Notes: a model not told the origin generated them from the letters alone. A stretch of DNA of 59,547 nucleotides, filler included, from 4 parts of 4 records of this genome joined end to end with filler, not necessarily neighbours in it; one strand, 5' to 3'; counted from the whole stretch's first letter, positions 1 through 12,003 are shown. Numbers and translations: made by a program.

Positions 1-2268
1 ACCTTTTACGGTAGCCATTAATATTTTACCTGAATTACTTGCATCCGCCAAGGTATTTTTTTCTTCCTCGATAAATGGTTGAAGATAAGCTACCGCCTTT
101 TTCATTACTCTGGCTGATTTTACAACCTGAGGCAAAAACATTTTTCCATCGCCAAATAACTCGCCAACAATGTTCATTCCATCCATTAGTGGTTGCTCTA
201 TCACATCCAGTGCACGCGGATAATTCTGACGAGCTTCCTCAACATCTTCTTCAATATAATCGGTAATTCCTTTTACCAACGAATAAGACAAACGATCAGC
301 ACAAGATTTTTCTCTCCAGGCGTCTACTTTCGTCTTAACTTTTCCATCTGATTTTAAACCTTCGGCAAATTCAATTAGTACTTCGGTAGCATCAGGTTTT
401 CTATTTAGAACAACATCTTCAACCTTTTCAAGCAATTCAGGTTCGATCTCATCGTAAATCTGCAACATTCCCGGATTCACAATTCCCATATCCAAACCTT
501 CTTTAATGGCATGATATAAGAAAACCGAATGCATTGCCTCACGAACTACATTGTTTCCACGAAAAGAAAAAGACAAGTTACTGATTCCCCCACTTATTTT
601 TGCATGTGGAAGATTCGCCTTGATCCATTTCACAGTCTTGATAAAATCTACTGCATAATTATTATGCTCCTCAATTCCTGTAGCAATTGCCAAAACATTT
701 GGATCAAAAATGATGTCTTCTGCCGGGAAACTAACTTTTTCTGTTAATATTTTATAGGCTCTTCCACATATTTCTATTCTGCGCTCGTAAGTATCCGCCT
801 GCCCATTTTCATCGAAAGCCATAACCACAGCTGCAGCACCGTATCTTTTTATTTTAGTGGCATATTCAATAAATTCTTTTTCTCCTTCTTTTAAGGATAT
901 AGAATTCACAACACTCTTTCCCTGTACACATTTCAAACCAGTCTCTAAAACCGACCATTTAGATGAGTCAATCATTACAGGAACGCGTGATATTTCGGGT
1001 TCGGATACCAAAAGTTTTACGAAAACATCCATTTCCTTTTCAGCATCCAACATGGCATCATCCATATTAATATCGATGATTTGAGCTCCATTCTCAACCT
1101 GAGATCGTGCAATAGAAAGTGCCTCTTCGTATTTTTCTTCACGAATTAAGCGTGCAAATTTTCTTGATCCTGCCACGTTGGTTCGTTCACCTACGTTTAC
1201 AAAATTGCTAAGTGAATTGATCCTCAACAATTCCAATCCACTCAAACGAGTTTCTTTCTCAACTTTAGGCAAATTTCTTGGTTCGGCACTTTTAACAGCA
1301 TCAGCTAAAGCTTTGATATGCTCCGGTCTCGTTCCGCAACATCCACCAACAATATTTATTTTCTTTCCATCAAGTAATTCTCTCAAATCACTTCGCATAG
1401 TTTCTGGCGTTTCATCGTATTCTCCCAATTCATTTGGCAATCCAGCATTAGGATACACACTCACATAAACTGGCAACAAAGTATCCAATTCTTGAATAAA
1501 TGGCACTAAATCTTTTGCTCCAAAAGCACAATTCAATCCAATACTCAACAACCTGTCATTCTTCATTGAAGTTACAAATGCTTCTAAAGTTTGACCAGAA
1601 AGTGTTCTTCCACTTTTATCAGTAATGGTTCCCGAAATCATGATCGGAATATTTAAACCTCTTTCCTCCAGCAATTGATCAGCAGCAAAAACCGCAGCCT
1701 TTGCATTCAAGGTATCAAAAATGGTCTCAATCAACAGCACATCAACTCCAGCATCAAGTAAACCTCTAATTTGCTCAGAGTAAATTCGTACCAAATCATC
1801 AAAACCAACATCTCTGTATCCAGGATCTTCTACCTTAGGCGACATAGATGTTGTTTTGTTGGTTGGACCAATAGCTCCAGCAACCCAACGTGGAGTTTTG
1901 GGATCAATTCGATTTAATTCATTTACAGCTTCTCTTGCAATTTTAACCGATTGTACATTCAACTCGTAAGCAATATCTTCTAATCCATAATCCACTAAAG
2001 AAATGGCATTTGCATTAAATGTATTGGTCTCAATAATATTGGCTCCCGCTTCCAAAAATTTGCGATGAATCTCTTTTATTATTTGCGGTTGAGTTAGACT
2101 CAATAAATCGTTGTGTCCTTTCTGATCATTAGAAAAATCAGCAAATCGATCTCCTCTAAAATCTGATTCTTTCAATTCATAGGACTGAATCATGGTTCCC
2201 ATGGCTCCATCAAGTACTAAAATCTGATTTTGTAAAGCTTCTCGTATAGTTTTGTTTTTTTGCTCCAT
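1..2268 (-). CDS. metH: B12-dependent methionine synthase, N-terminal part (runs off the window start)
   Basis: Not in the ORF track because it has no stop in the window. Manual translation from ATG 2268 gives [28 protein letters not shown]...[13 protein letters not shown], plus later GGCCGT and [10 protein letters not shown] motifs. It is the last gene of the met operon. Confidence 0.96.
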   Translation of the reverse strand, partial: MEQKNKTIREALQNQILVLDGAMGTMIQSYELKESDFRGDRFADFSNDQKGHNDLLSLTQPQIIKEIHRKFLEAGANIIETNTFNANAISLVDYGLEDIAYELNVQSVKIAREAVNELNRIDPKTPRWVAGAIGPTNKTTSMSPKVEDPGYRDVGFDDLVRIYSEQIRGLLDAGVDVLLIETIFDTLNAKAAVFAADQLLEERGLNIPIMISGTITDKSGRTLSGQTLEAFVTSMKNDRLLSIGLNCAFGAKDLVPFIQELDTLLPVYVSVYPNAGLPNELGEYDETPETMRSDLRELLDGKKINIVGGCCGTRPEHIKALADAVKSAEPRNLPKVEKETRLSGLELLRINSLSNFVNVGERTNVAGSRKFARLIREEKYEEALSIARSQVENGAQIIDINMDDAMLDAEKEMDVFVKLLVSEPEISRVPVMIDSSKWSVLETGLKCVQGKSVVNSISLKEGEKEFIEYATKIKRYGAAAVVMAFDENGQADTYERRIEICGRAYKILTEKVSFPAEDIIFDPNVLAIATGIEEHNNYAVDFIKTVKWIKANLPHAKISGGISNLSFSFRGNNVVREAMHSVFLYHAIKEGLDMGIVNPGMLQIYDEIEPELLEKVEDVVLNRKPDATEVLIEFAEGLKSDGKVKTKVDAWREKSCADRLSYSLVKGITDYIEEDVEEARQNYPRALDVIEQPLMDGMNIVGELFGDGKMFLPQVVKSARVMKKAVAYLQPFIEEEKNTLADASNSGKILMATVKG

Positions 2269-2277
2269 TCTTTAATC

Positions 2278-3537
2278 CTAATTTGCCACAGTTAGATAAA
2301 TCGCGGTATTTCTATTCTTCTGCTCCACCAAAACATGATGTTTTCTTTGAATTTCTTCAATTGTCAATGGAGTATAATGTCTTACCGTTATTAATTCAAG
2401 ATCATTACTGATATCAATTTCATACTTTTTTTTCAATTCTGTAATTAAATCCTCAATATTTCTTGCAGAACTGTTGGCACAAAATGCAAAACTCACAGCT
2501 GTATTTTGTGTAAAATTCAATTTGATATTGAATTTTGTCACCAATGAAAAGATAAATACCAAATCCTTTTCACCAATAAATGAAAAATTTAAAGGTTTTA
2601 AACTCACCATTACCTGTTTTTTCTTCACAATAAAATTTGGCAACAGTGGTTGAGGTTGTTCTCCTTTAGTAATTAAAGTTCCTTTCTGCGAAGGATCAAT
2701 AAACGATTTTACCCACAGAGGAATTTGTTTTACCTGCAAAGGCTTTATGGTTTTTGGATGAATTACTCTGGCTCCATAATATGACAATTCAATTGCTTCA
2801 TGATAAGGAATCAAATCCAACTTAGTGGTCGTATCAAAATAATCCGGATCTGCATTCAAGATCCCCAAAACATCTTTCCAAATAATCATTTTATCAGCAC
2901 CTAGTAAGTGAGCTAAAATTGCTGCGGTATAATCTGATCCTTCTCGACCTAATGATGTTGTGTTTCCCTCATTATCACTTGCAATAAAACCTTGAGTTAT
3001 ATATAAGGCTGTTGACTTAGAAACAAACTTTGCATTTGCTTTATCTTTCGATGATTCCCAATTGATATTGGCATCAACATAATTGTCATCAGAATCTAAA
3101 CACGTACGAATATCAACCCATTCGTTTGCTTGTCCTGTTTGGTTCAGATATCCCGAAACAATTGTTGTCGACAAAAGTTCTCCAAAACCAATCACCTGAT
3201 CGTATTCAAAATTGAATTTATCAGATGATGGTTTTGAAATTTTGGTTTTAAGCTCGATGAAAAGAGCGTTGATTTCGGTTGCAATTGTTGTAGGAATTTC
3301 TTCGAATAAATCATCAATCACCGAAGTGTGGTTTTGCTCCAGCTGATTGTAAAATTCCCAAACTTTATCGCTTCCCGAAAAATAAGCATCTACAAGTTCC
3401 TCCAACAAATTGGTTGTCGTACCTATTGCCGAAATCACTACTGTTAATGGACGTTTTACCGCACCAATAATATTGCAGATGTTTTTGATAGCAGTAGCAT
3501 CCTTAACCGACGCTCCACCAAATTTGTATATAATCAT
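2278..3537 (-). CDS. lysC: Aspartate kinase (met-operon copy)
   Basis: KFGGASV, SLGREGSDYTA, WKDVLG and HPKT motifs; C-terminal ACT-like region. Confidence 0.92.
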   Translation of the reverse strand: MIIYKFGGASVKDATAIKNICNIIGAVKRPLTVVISAIGTTTNLLEELVDAYFSGSDKVWEFYNQLEQNHTSVIDDLFEEIPTTIATEINALFIELKTKISKPSSDKFNFEYDQVIGFGELLSTTIVSGYLNQTGQANEWVDIRTCLDSDDNYVDANINWESSKDKANAKFVSKSTALYITQGFIASDNEGNTTSLGREGSDYTAAILAHLLGADKMIIWKDVLGILNADPDYFDTTTKLDLIPYHEAIELSYYGARVIHPKTIKPLQVKQIPLWVKSFIDPSQKGTLITKGEQPQPLLPNFIVKKKQVMVSLKPLNFSFIGEKDLVFIFSLVTKFNIKLNFTQNTAVSFAFCANSSARNIEDLITELKKKYEIDISNDLELITVRHYTPLTIEEIQRKHHVLVEQKNRNTAIYLTVAN

Positions 3538-3570
3538 TGTTTATTGATTCTTTAATTGAAATCAGGGAAT

Positions 3571-4761
3571 CTATTCGTCTCCTAAATATGCAAGGAAGAT
3601 ATCTTTGCCTTTAATTTGGTGTCGAATCTTAATCAAGTCTGAAAGGTTGAGTGTTCCAATTACATAATTGTATTCTTTACCTTTTAATGATTCACTGATA
3701 TCTTTGAAATCGAAAAGTGCCAAATCATTTTCATCAGCATATCTTAAATACACTTCAACTTCCATATTATTAGTATACTCTAATCCACCGTAATATTTCA
3801 GTTTTTTATATTCATATTTATAGTTGTAAGCCAATGCAGTTATATCCGATAACACTGCTGATCCGGTTGGATGCGCTCCTGCTCCTTTGCCATACATGAA
3901 CTGATTATCGTAGAAATTCCCCTGAATCAAAACGCCATTGTAATGGCTCTCTACAGTGTAAGCATGCTCTTCCGGTTTCACGAATTTTGGAGCAACCAAT
4001 AAATTCACATGATTACCATTCACCTTGGTCACCTTACCCAATAATCGAATCTTATATCCCTTTTGAGAAGCCAACTCTATATCCTTTTGAGAGAGATTAG
4101 ATATTCCAAAATTGAAAACCTGATCTGGGTGTACAAACAACCCGAATCCGTGAACCGTTAAAATGATCAGCTTATATAAGGTATCAAATCCATCAACATC
4201 CGAAGTAGGATCGCTCTCGGCAAAACCCAAATCCTGAGCTTGCTTTAGTGCAACATCGTAATCCAAACCTTCATTAAAAATTTTAGTGAGAATGTAATTC
4301 GACGATCCGTTCAAAATTCCACTTACCGATTGCAACAAATCATTATCGTAATACTCTTCCAAATTCCTGATAATTGGAATACTCCCACAAGCTGAAGCTT
4401 CATATACAAACGAAACTTTGTGTTGCCATTGCAATTGTATCAACTCTTCGATATGATAAGCCAACATTTTTTTATTTGCTGAAACCACATGCTTTCCATT
4501 TTGCAATGCAGTTTTCACAATCTGATAGGCTGCATCTGCATCATCAATCAATTCCGCAACAACATTAATTTCAGGATCATTCAAAATATCCTTCGGATCA
4601 TATGTGATCACCTCAGGGTCGATATCTCTAATTTTACCTTCATCTCTTACACACACTTTAACGATAGATGCATCTAATCCTTTACTGTTTTTAAGTACGT
4701 GAGCCAATCCGGATCCTACTACTCCATATCCGAAAACGCCAATTTTAAGTTTATTGCTCAT
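3571..4761 (-). CDS. hom: Homoserine dehydrogenase
   Basis: GYGVVG Rossmann motif, VVSANK, YEASACGSIPII, GILNGSSNYIL, GFAESDPTSDVDG. Confidence 0.95.
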   Translation of the reverse strand: MSNKLKIGVFGYGVVGSGLAHVLKNSKGLDASIVKVCVRDEGKIRDIDPEVITYDPKDILNDPEINVVAELIDDADAAYQIVKTALQNGKHVVSANKKMLAYHIEELIQLQWQHKVSFVYEASACGSIPIIRNLEEYYDNDLLQSVSGILNGSSNYILTKIFNEGLDYDVALKQAQDLGFAESDPTSDVDGFDTLYKLIILTVHGFGLFVHPDQVFNFGISNLSQKDIELASQKGYKIRLLGKVTKVNGNHVNLLVAPKFVKPEEHAYTVESHYNGVLIQGNFYDNQFMYGKGAGAHPTGSAVLSDITALAYNYKYEYKKLKYYGGLEYTNNMEVEVYLRYADENDLALFDFKDISESLKGKEYNYVIGTLNLSDLIKIRHQIKGKDIFLAYLGDE

Positions 4762-5785
4762 TGATTTTGTTTGTGGTTAAAAAATTTTCTAAAACTTGGG
4801 TTAATTGTTCTTGTTCCAAAAGGAATCCGTCATGTCCATATAATGATTTTATTTCGAGAAACTCGGCATTTGGAATGTGATCGGCTAAGTATCGTTGTTC
4901 GTTAATTGGAAAAATCTGATCAGAATTCACTCCAATGACCAATGTTCTCGACTTTATATTATTTAAAGCAGCAACCAAACCATTTCGCTTGCGCCCCAAA
5001 TCATGACTATCCATTATTTTTGACAAATGCCAGTAAGAATAAGCATTGAATCTTCTTGCCAATTTCTCCCCTTGGTATCTTTGATAGGAACTTGCTCTGT
5101 AATCATCAGTCTTATCTTCATCATTCTCTTGTTGCGAATGGTCGTAAGTTGCATAAGTTCTGTAACTCAAAAGTGCAATTGATCTTGCCACGCGCATTCC
5201 ATTCAATCCAGCCTCATCGTTAGATTCTTTCCAGGTAGGATCAACTTCAATGGACATTCTTTGCGATTCGTTGAATGCAATTCCCCAAGGAGAATGCTTG
5301 GCATTGGAAGCCAAAACTACCAAATTATCTAGCTTGCCGTTTAGCAAATAAGCCCACTCTATAGCCTGCATGCCTCCAAGTGAGCTACCAATCATCATGT
5401 GAATGCGATCGATTTTTAAATGTTTTCTTAAAATTTCATGAGCTCCCACCAGGTCGCGCACGGTCAATTGCGGAAAATCATGAAAGTAAGCTTGTCCGTT
5501 CGTAGGTTTTTTAGAAAGTGGTCCAGTGGTTCCGTAGCATGAACCTAAAACATTGGCACATACGATAAAATAGTCCTTAGGATTAAAAAAATCCTTCTCT
5601 CCAAAAAGCCCTGCCCACCAATCGAATACATCCGAATTGGCAGTTAAAGCATGACAAACCCATATCACATTGTTTCGCGAAGGATCGTACTCCCCATAGG
5701 TGTGATAAGCAATGGTCAACTCATCAAGGCATTCGCCCGATTCAAGTTGTAAACCTTCTTTATGGATGTAACAATTGGGATTCAC
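4751..5785 (-). CDS. metX: Homoserine O-acetyltransferase (MetX family)
   Basis: CHALT, GSSLGGM nucleophile elbow, YGHDGFL catalytic His; operon context. Confidence 0.94.
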   Translation of the reverse strand: MNPNCYIHKEGLQLESGECLDELTIAYHTYGEYDPSRNNVIWVCHALTANSDVFDWWAGLFGEKDFFNPKDYFIVCANVLGSCYGTTGPLSKKPTNGQAYFHDFPQLTVRDLVGAHEILRKHLKIDRIHMMIGSSLGGMQAIEWAYLLNGKLDNLVVLASNAKHSPWGIAFNESQRMSIEVDPTWKESNDEAGLNGMRVARSIALLSYRTYATYDHSQQENDEDKTDDYRASSYQRYQGEKLARRFNAYSYWHLSKIMDSHDLGRKRNGLVAALNNIKSRTLVIGVNSDQIFPINEQRYLADHIPNAEFLEIKSLYGHDGFLLEQEQLTQVLENFLTTNKINEQ

Positions 5786-5907
5786 TGATTAAAAATTTTG
5801 TTTTGTATGTTGTTGTTTTGCGAAAATCGATTCGATGAAATCATCGAAAGAGTACCCAATTGAAACTTGTGCTGTGGTTAAAAGTTCCAATCGGGCTGAA
5901 ATAAAAA

Positions 5908-7272
<1,365 letters not shown>

Positions 7273-7573
7273 CTATTTGCATGATGCTTAATTTATATCA
7301 TGCAAATATTAGCAACTTAGGATTACATCCTTGATTTAAAAATTTGATTAATTGGTTAGAAGCGAAAGGCTTCTGATTGTCGCAAATTCAGTTCTTATCA
7401 CATTTACAATCGACCCGAATAGTTAGATGGATTCAGATTTGATTGTATCAATACTTATTTCTGAAATACAGAAACAATTGAAATAAATAAGTTTGAATTT
7501 GAGTTCCCTGGTTCGGAGTTATTTTATACGCACCAGCATCTAAAAAATTAGGAAATATTCCAGACAGAATGCG

Positions 7574-7696
7574 TTACTGCATACGCATCATTCGCTGCAT
7601 TCGCATCATAGTGGTAGTTGATGCCAAAGATTGCAACTGAATATTTTGCTCTTGTTGAGCCTGTTTTGCGTGTGTGTGAATTTCTGTCTTCTTCAT
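7574..7696 (-). CDS. Putative Met-rich leader peptide, 40 aa: MKKTEIHTHAKQAQQEQNIQLQSLASTTTMMRMQRMMRMQ
   Basis: Manual translation. ATG lies 7 nt after the riboswitch P1 3' strand; 6 ATG codons fall in the last 11 codons; it sits in the leader of the met operon. Confidence 0.75.
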   Translation of the reverse strand: MKKTEIHTHAKQAQQEQNIQLQSLASTTTMMRMQRMMRMQ

Positions 7697-7703
7697 GATC
7701 TTC

Positions 7704-7817
7704 TAATTTATATTCACCAAATTAAATGGTCAGGATTTGACACCTTTCAGCTTTTGGTTCTGCTGCGGTTGTCAGAAGGTCAACGAGCCTGTTCTCTCAC
7801 TTCTTCTGTATAAATTA
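7704..7817 (-). ncRNA. SAM-I (S-box) riboswitch aptamer
   Basis: Minus strand reads UAAUUUAUA-CAGAA-GAAG-UGAGAGAA-CAGG-CUCGUUGAC-CUUC-UGACAACC...GGUGUCA-AAU-CCUG-ACCA...UGGU-GAA-UAUAAAUUA. P1, kink-turn P2, the CAGG/CCUG pseudoknot, P3 and P4 all pair. It lies upstream of metY. Confidence 0.92.
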
Positions 7818-7856
7818 AAGATATTCTCCTGCGAGATTTACCTTAAATAACAAGAG

Positions 7857-7887
7857 CAAAGATAGGGAGGTTTTTTAATTCTCCAAA
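7857..7887 (-). promoter_or_regulatory. Bacteroidota sigma-A promoter for the met operon
   Basis: -7 box TATCTTTG (7864-7857) and -33 box TTTG (7887-7884), 19 nt apart, just upstream of the riboswitch. Confidence 0.7.
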
Positions 7888-7980
7888 TTAAAAGAGCAAT
7901 GCGTCTTATTTTTTTAGGCTGAGAATGTGAGAACTATACCTTATATAGCAAACTCGATTTTTGCACTGTAATTTTTTTCA

Positions 7981-8016
7981 AAAAAATAAAAAAGGGATAT
8001 GTCATGACATATCCCT
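7981..8016 (-). terminator. Intrinsic terminator after the second aspartate kinase
   Basis: Perfect palindrome AGGGATATGTCATGACATATCCCT (7993-8016) followed by a U-run on the minus strand. Confidence 0.75.
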
Positions 8017-8038
8017 ACGGTATACTGTTTAATTTTTT

Positions 8039-9295
8039 TTACATGATCACAAACTGTGCAGTATCCCTACTTCTCTGTTCCAATAGAATATCTCTTCCTT
8101 GAGTCATTCTTTGAACCGCTTCATCGTTGTGATGACGAATGGTAATCAGCTCCACTCCATCGTTGTATTTCACCTCATAAAGATTTCCAATATCACCAAG
8201 CAAACTAGCTAATCTTTTCTCTTCGTTATCAACACAAACTGAGAAACTAATGGCTGAATTCTGAGTGAGATTCACCTTTACCCTATGCTTTGCAAAAAGT
8301 GAAAACAACTGACTTAAATTTTCTTCTAAAATGAATGAAAAATCAGTTGGCCGAATCGAGATCAACACCTGATTGTCCTTGCGAATGTATACAGGCAATT
8401 GGGTCTCCAATTTCTTCGATGCTGTGCTGATTAAAGTTCCCGTTTCACTGTAATCTATGAAAGATCGTACCTGCAAAGGAATCTTCTTTCGCTTAATAGG
8501 TTGTATGGTTTTTGGATGAATCACCTTTGCTCCATAAAATGCCAACTCAATAGCCTCTTGATAAGAAATGCGTTCCAATTTTTCTGCATCATCTAACCAT
8601 TTGGGATCGGCATTCATAATACCAGGAACATCTTTCCAAATTGATAGCTTGTCAACATCTAAAAGATAAGACAGAATAGCCGCAGTATAATCGGAACCTT
8701 CGCGACCTAATGTTGTTGTTAAGTTAGTCGTTGTTCCTCCTAAAAACCCCTGTGTAACATACACAAACGTACAGTTAAAACTAAAGGTTTGTGGCACCAG
8801 TTTTTGAGACAATTCCCAATCTACCTTGCCCTCTCTGTAGGTATCATCCGTTTTTAAACAAGTTCGAATATCAATCCACTTATTTGGCGATCCGCTAGAG
8901 CGTAAAAACTCTGAAACAATTGAAGTAGATAACATTTCACCAAAAGAAACAATCTGATCGTAATCAAAATCATAATCTAAACTTGGCTCTTTTTCCAGAT
9001 AGGTATATAGCTGATGAAATAGATTTTCTAACTTTTCATATATCGCATTGTCCTTATTGGGAAACAAATCATTTACAATATCATAATGATAAGTTTTTAC
9101 AGCCCTGAACTTTGCCTCGTAATCCTTCTTTTTTGCAAAAAAATCGTTGGTAATTTCCTCGAGTGCATTTGTGGTTTTGCCCATTGCTGAAAGAACAATA
9201 ATGGTTTCCTCCTTATATAACTGTACAATTTTTACAAAATTCCTGACACCCTCGGCACTGTTTACCGAAGCCCCACCAAATTTAAAAATGTTCAT
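8039..9295 (-). CDS. lysC: Aspartate kinase (second paralogue)
   Basis: MNIFKFGGASV, TLGREGSDYTA, WKDVPG, HPKT. Start taken at ATG 9295; the ORF track starts at 9346. Confidence 0.92.
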   Translation of the reverse strand: MNIFKFGGASVNSAEGVRNFVKIVQLYKEETIIVLSAMGKTTNALEEITNDFFAKKKDYEAKFRAVKTYHYDIVNDLFPNKDNAIYEKLENLFHQLYTYLEKEPSLDYDFDYDQIVSFGEMLSTSIVSEFLRSSGSPNKWIDIRTCLKTDDTYREGKVDWELSQKLVPQTFSFNCTFVYVTQGFLGGTTTNLTTTLGREGSDYTAAILSYLLDVDKLSIWKDVPGIMNADPKWLDDAEKLERISYQEAIELAFYGAKVIHPKTIQPIKRKKIPLQVRSFIDYSETGTLISTASKKLETQLPVYIRKDNQVLISIRPTDFSFILEENLSQLFSLFAKHRVKVNLTQNSAISFSVCVDNEEKRLASLLGDIGNLYEVKYNDGVELITIRHHNDEAVQRMTQGRDILLEQRSRDTAQFVIM

Positions 9296-9611
9296 TGGGT
9301 TCTTGTTTAGTTTTATTGTTTTTTGGTTTTCACCTTTTCTTAACAAAGATTGAAGGTAATAAATAATACTCGTGTTTAACGAAATTAGTTTTCAACAATT
9401 ACGCTATTTCACATTTTTTAAGATATTAACTTAAATCAACAATTAAAGGCAAATGTAAAGGCATGTTATTGAAAGCCCCGATTTATCTATAATATATAAA
9501 AAAACACATGGTAAATTGCTTTTCGTAAACGTTTGAAATAAGGGTTTGGCATTAAATAAAAAAGCATAACTTTAGGGCACCAAATGAATGTAAACCAAAA
9601 GCCTATTTAAA

Positions 9612-10634
9612 ATGACTGAACACAACAATGTTCAAACCCTCAATCAGTTCATTATCCAACGTCAATCAGACCATGCGGGTGCCAAGGGAGAGCTTTCTCG
9701 TTTGTTGCATCATGTGGGGATTGCGTCTAAAATTGTAAACCGTGCGGTAAATAAAGCCGGATTGGTAGATATTTTAGGTGAACATGGAGACCAGAATGTA
9801 CAGGGGGAAGATCAGCAAAAGCTTGATGTTTTTGCCGACACACACTTTATTGATGCCTTAAAAGCTAGTGGCGAATGTGCTGCCGTTGCTTCTGAGGAAA
9901 ACGAAGACATCATTATTTTTGATGATGAATTGAGTAAAAATGGAAAATATATTTTCTGTATGGATCCGCTGGACGGTTCTTCAAATATTGATGTAAATGT
10001 TTCGATAGGAACCATTTTTTCAATTTTTGAGCGTGTATCGAAAAGAGGAGAATTGGCAACAATGGAAGATTTCCTGCAAGAAGGAACCAAGCAGGTTGCT
10101 GCCGGATATGTTATTTACGGATCATCGACCATGTTGGTGTACACTACTGGTAATGGCGTAAACGGATTTACACTCGATCCTTCAATCGGAGAATTCTGCT
10201 TGTCGCATCCTAACATTAAAACACCAAAAAACGGAACCATTTATTCCATTAACGAAGGAAATTACATCAATTTCCCTAGCGGTGTTAAAAAGTACATTAA
10301 GTATTGCCAGGAAAAAGATGCCAAGAGCAAACGCCCTTACACTTCGCGTTACATTGGTTCTTTGGTTGCCGATTTTCATCGTAACTTGTTGAAAGGTGGA
10401 ATTTTTATTTATCCGCAAACCAACAAAAACTCCGACGGTAAATTGCGTTTGATTTACGAATGCAATCCTGTTGCTTTTATTGCCGAACAAGCTGGTGGAT
10501 TAGCTACCGATGGCAATGGAAGAATTATGGAAATTAAACCAGATTCGCTTCACCAACGTGTTCCTTTCTATACCGGATCAACAAAAATGGTGGAGAAAAC
10601 AGAAGAATTCTTACACTTCTTCAACAACATCTGA
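9612..10634 (+). CDS. fbp: Fructose-1,6-bisphosphatase class 1
   Basis: [38 protein letters not shown] motifs. Confidence 0.97.
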   Translation: MTEHNNVQTLNQFIIQRQSDHAGAKGELSRLLHHVGIASKIVNRAVNKAGLVDILGEHGDQNVQGEDQQKLDVFADTHFIDALKASGECAAVASEENEDIIIFDDELSKNGKYIFCMDPLDGSSNIDVNVSIGTIFSIFERVSKRGELATMEDFLQEGTKQVAAGYVIYGSSTMLVYTTGNGVNGFTLDPSIGEFCLSHPNIKTPKNGTIYSINEGNYINFPSGVKKYIKYCQEKDAKSKRPYTSRYIGSLVADFHRNLLKGGIFIYPQTNKNSDGKLRLIYECNPVAFIAEQAGGLATDGNGRIMEIKPDSLHQRVPFYTGSTKMVEKTEEFLHFFNNI

Positions 10635-10675
10635 AACAAGATTTTCAGAAAAAGAATTTAACACACTACTAAAAC

Positions 10676-10705
10676 AAAAGCCACTTCGTAAGGAGTGGCT
10701 TTGTT
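10676..10705 (+). terminator. Intrinsic terminator after fbp
   Basis: AAAGCCACT-loop-AGTGGCTTT followed by GTTGTATTT. Confidence 0.65.
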
Positions 10706-10914
10706 GTATTTAAAAATAGCGACTCATTCCTGAGTGTCTCACTCTTTTGTGAGGCTCTCAGTTTTTATCTTATTGATACCCGCAACTTAGAGTGAGGGCA
10801 TCAAACATTTACTAGCCTAAAATTTTTATTTTATTATAATGATTTACTAAACGAAAGAATGAACTTCGTTTTGCATTGCAGTGGAGCTTTATTAAAGATT
10901 ATTGAGCACAGTTT

Positions 10915-12003
10915 TTATTGATTATAGTTAAGATTAAATATCTCTGATTTGTCTATTTCGCTGTGGGTATTAATGCTGGACATATCGAAATTGAGAAGAT
11001 CTAAAATGTAATTTGCTAACTCGTCTTTAAAGTTTGGTTTATTTCCAACATTGTGCAATTTTCTGTTAATTGAAGCAGTAAACAAGTCCACTGCTTGTAT
11101 GAAAATACTTTTCTTTGAATCCAGAGCCATGAAATTCCCCAAAATTAAACCTTCCTTTTTCTGTGCTTGAATACGTTCTTTGATATTTTCAAGCTTTAAT
11201 AAATCGCTACCTTTTTCTTCGTTGTCAATATAAACTTGCATTAACCTTGGTAAAGGTGCACGACCAGAATCATGTTCATGCGTAATTCCCTTAAACAGTA
11301 CATGATAAGTTAAATCTGTAATAGCTTGATGTCTATCCGCAATACCTTTGTTTGAAACAATTATCGTCTTAAATCCAACATGAGGATTATGCATTAAAAA
11401 AAGCTTAAAAAACTGCTTATACTCATCAAGTTTATTTTTCGTAGCCTTATTGAAATGAAACTCATAGTTAATATTCTCCTTTTCTTTCCAATCTAGTATA
11501 GCTTTAACAGCACTATAAACAGATGATCCACCTGGAGACCACAAACTACCAACAGATAAATATTCTTGGGTTTTTCCAGATTCGTCAATATAAATGGAAT
11601 ATACAGGTACATTATCTAGCTTATCAGAAATTGCATCTTCACGATATTGTTCATCCAACATTCCGCGATACTGCTTTACTTCTTCATCAGCTTGAAAAAG
11701 CCTATATTCATTTTGTATTTTTGCACGACATCGAATTATAGAAGATTGTTTGGTAAGCTTGTAGAATTGTTGTTTGGTAATACTATTTCCGACCAAAACA
11801 TCACTTTCAAAAAGTTTCCAATATTGCCAAGAAAGTTCTTTATCCGAGTTGCGAGCCTGTGATGAATTATTAAGAATAAACGCAACCTTATCTTTCATTT
11901 GTTCAAGGTTACCACTTAAAACCTTTTCCATTAGAACTTGTCTTTCGCGTTCTTTTTTAGGTTCAAGCTCGTTTCCATTATTTTGTTCTGTCAATTCTTC
12001 CAT
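10915..12003 (-). CDS. DUF3800-family (RNase H-like fold) protein with an extra N-terminal helical/HTH-like domain
   Basis: IYIDESG near the domain start, EFHF, and C-terminal IQAVD match the DE...QxxD pattern of DUF3800. A possible own promoter TAGTTTTG lies at 12058-12051. Confidence 0.75.
   Translation of the reverse strand: MEELTEQNNGNELEPKKERERQVLMEKVLSGNLEQMKDKVAFILNNSSQARNSDKELSWQYWKLFESDVLVGNSITKQQFYKLTKQSSIIRCRAKIQNEYRLFQADEEVKQYRGMLDEQYREDAISDKLDNVPVYSIYIDESGKTQEYLSVGSLWSPGGSSVYSAVKAILDWKEKENINYEFHFNKATKNKLDEYKQFFKLFLMHNPHVGFKTIIVSNKGIADRHQAITDLTYHVLFKGITHEHDSGRAPLPRLMQVYIDNEEKGSDLLKLENIKERIQAQKKEGLILGNFMALDSKKSIFIQAVDLFTASINRKLHNVGNKPNFKDELANYILDLLNFDMSSINTHSEIDKSEIFNLNYNQ

Noticed and set aside
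75-1468. Short plus-strand ORFs at the window start
   Set aside because: They are shadow ORFs antisense to metH.
7631-7813. 60-aa plus-strand ORF
   Set aside because: It is antisense to the SAM-I riboswitch and leader peptide, which explain the sequence better.
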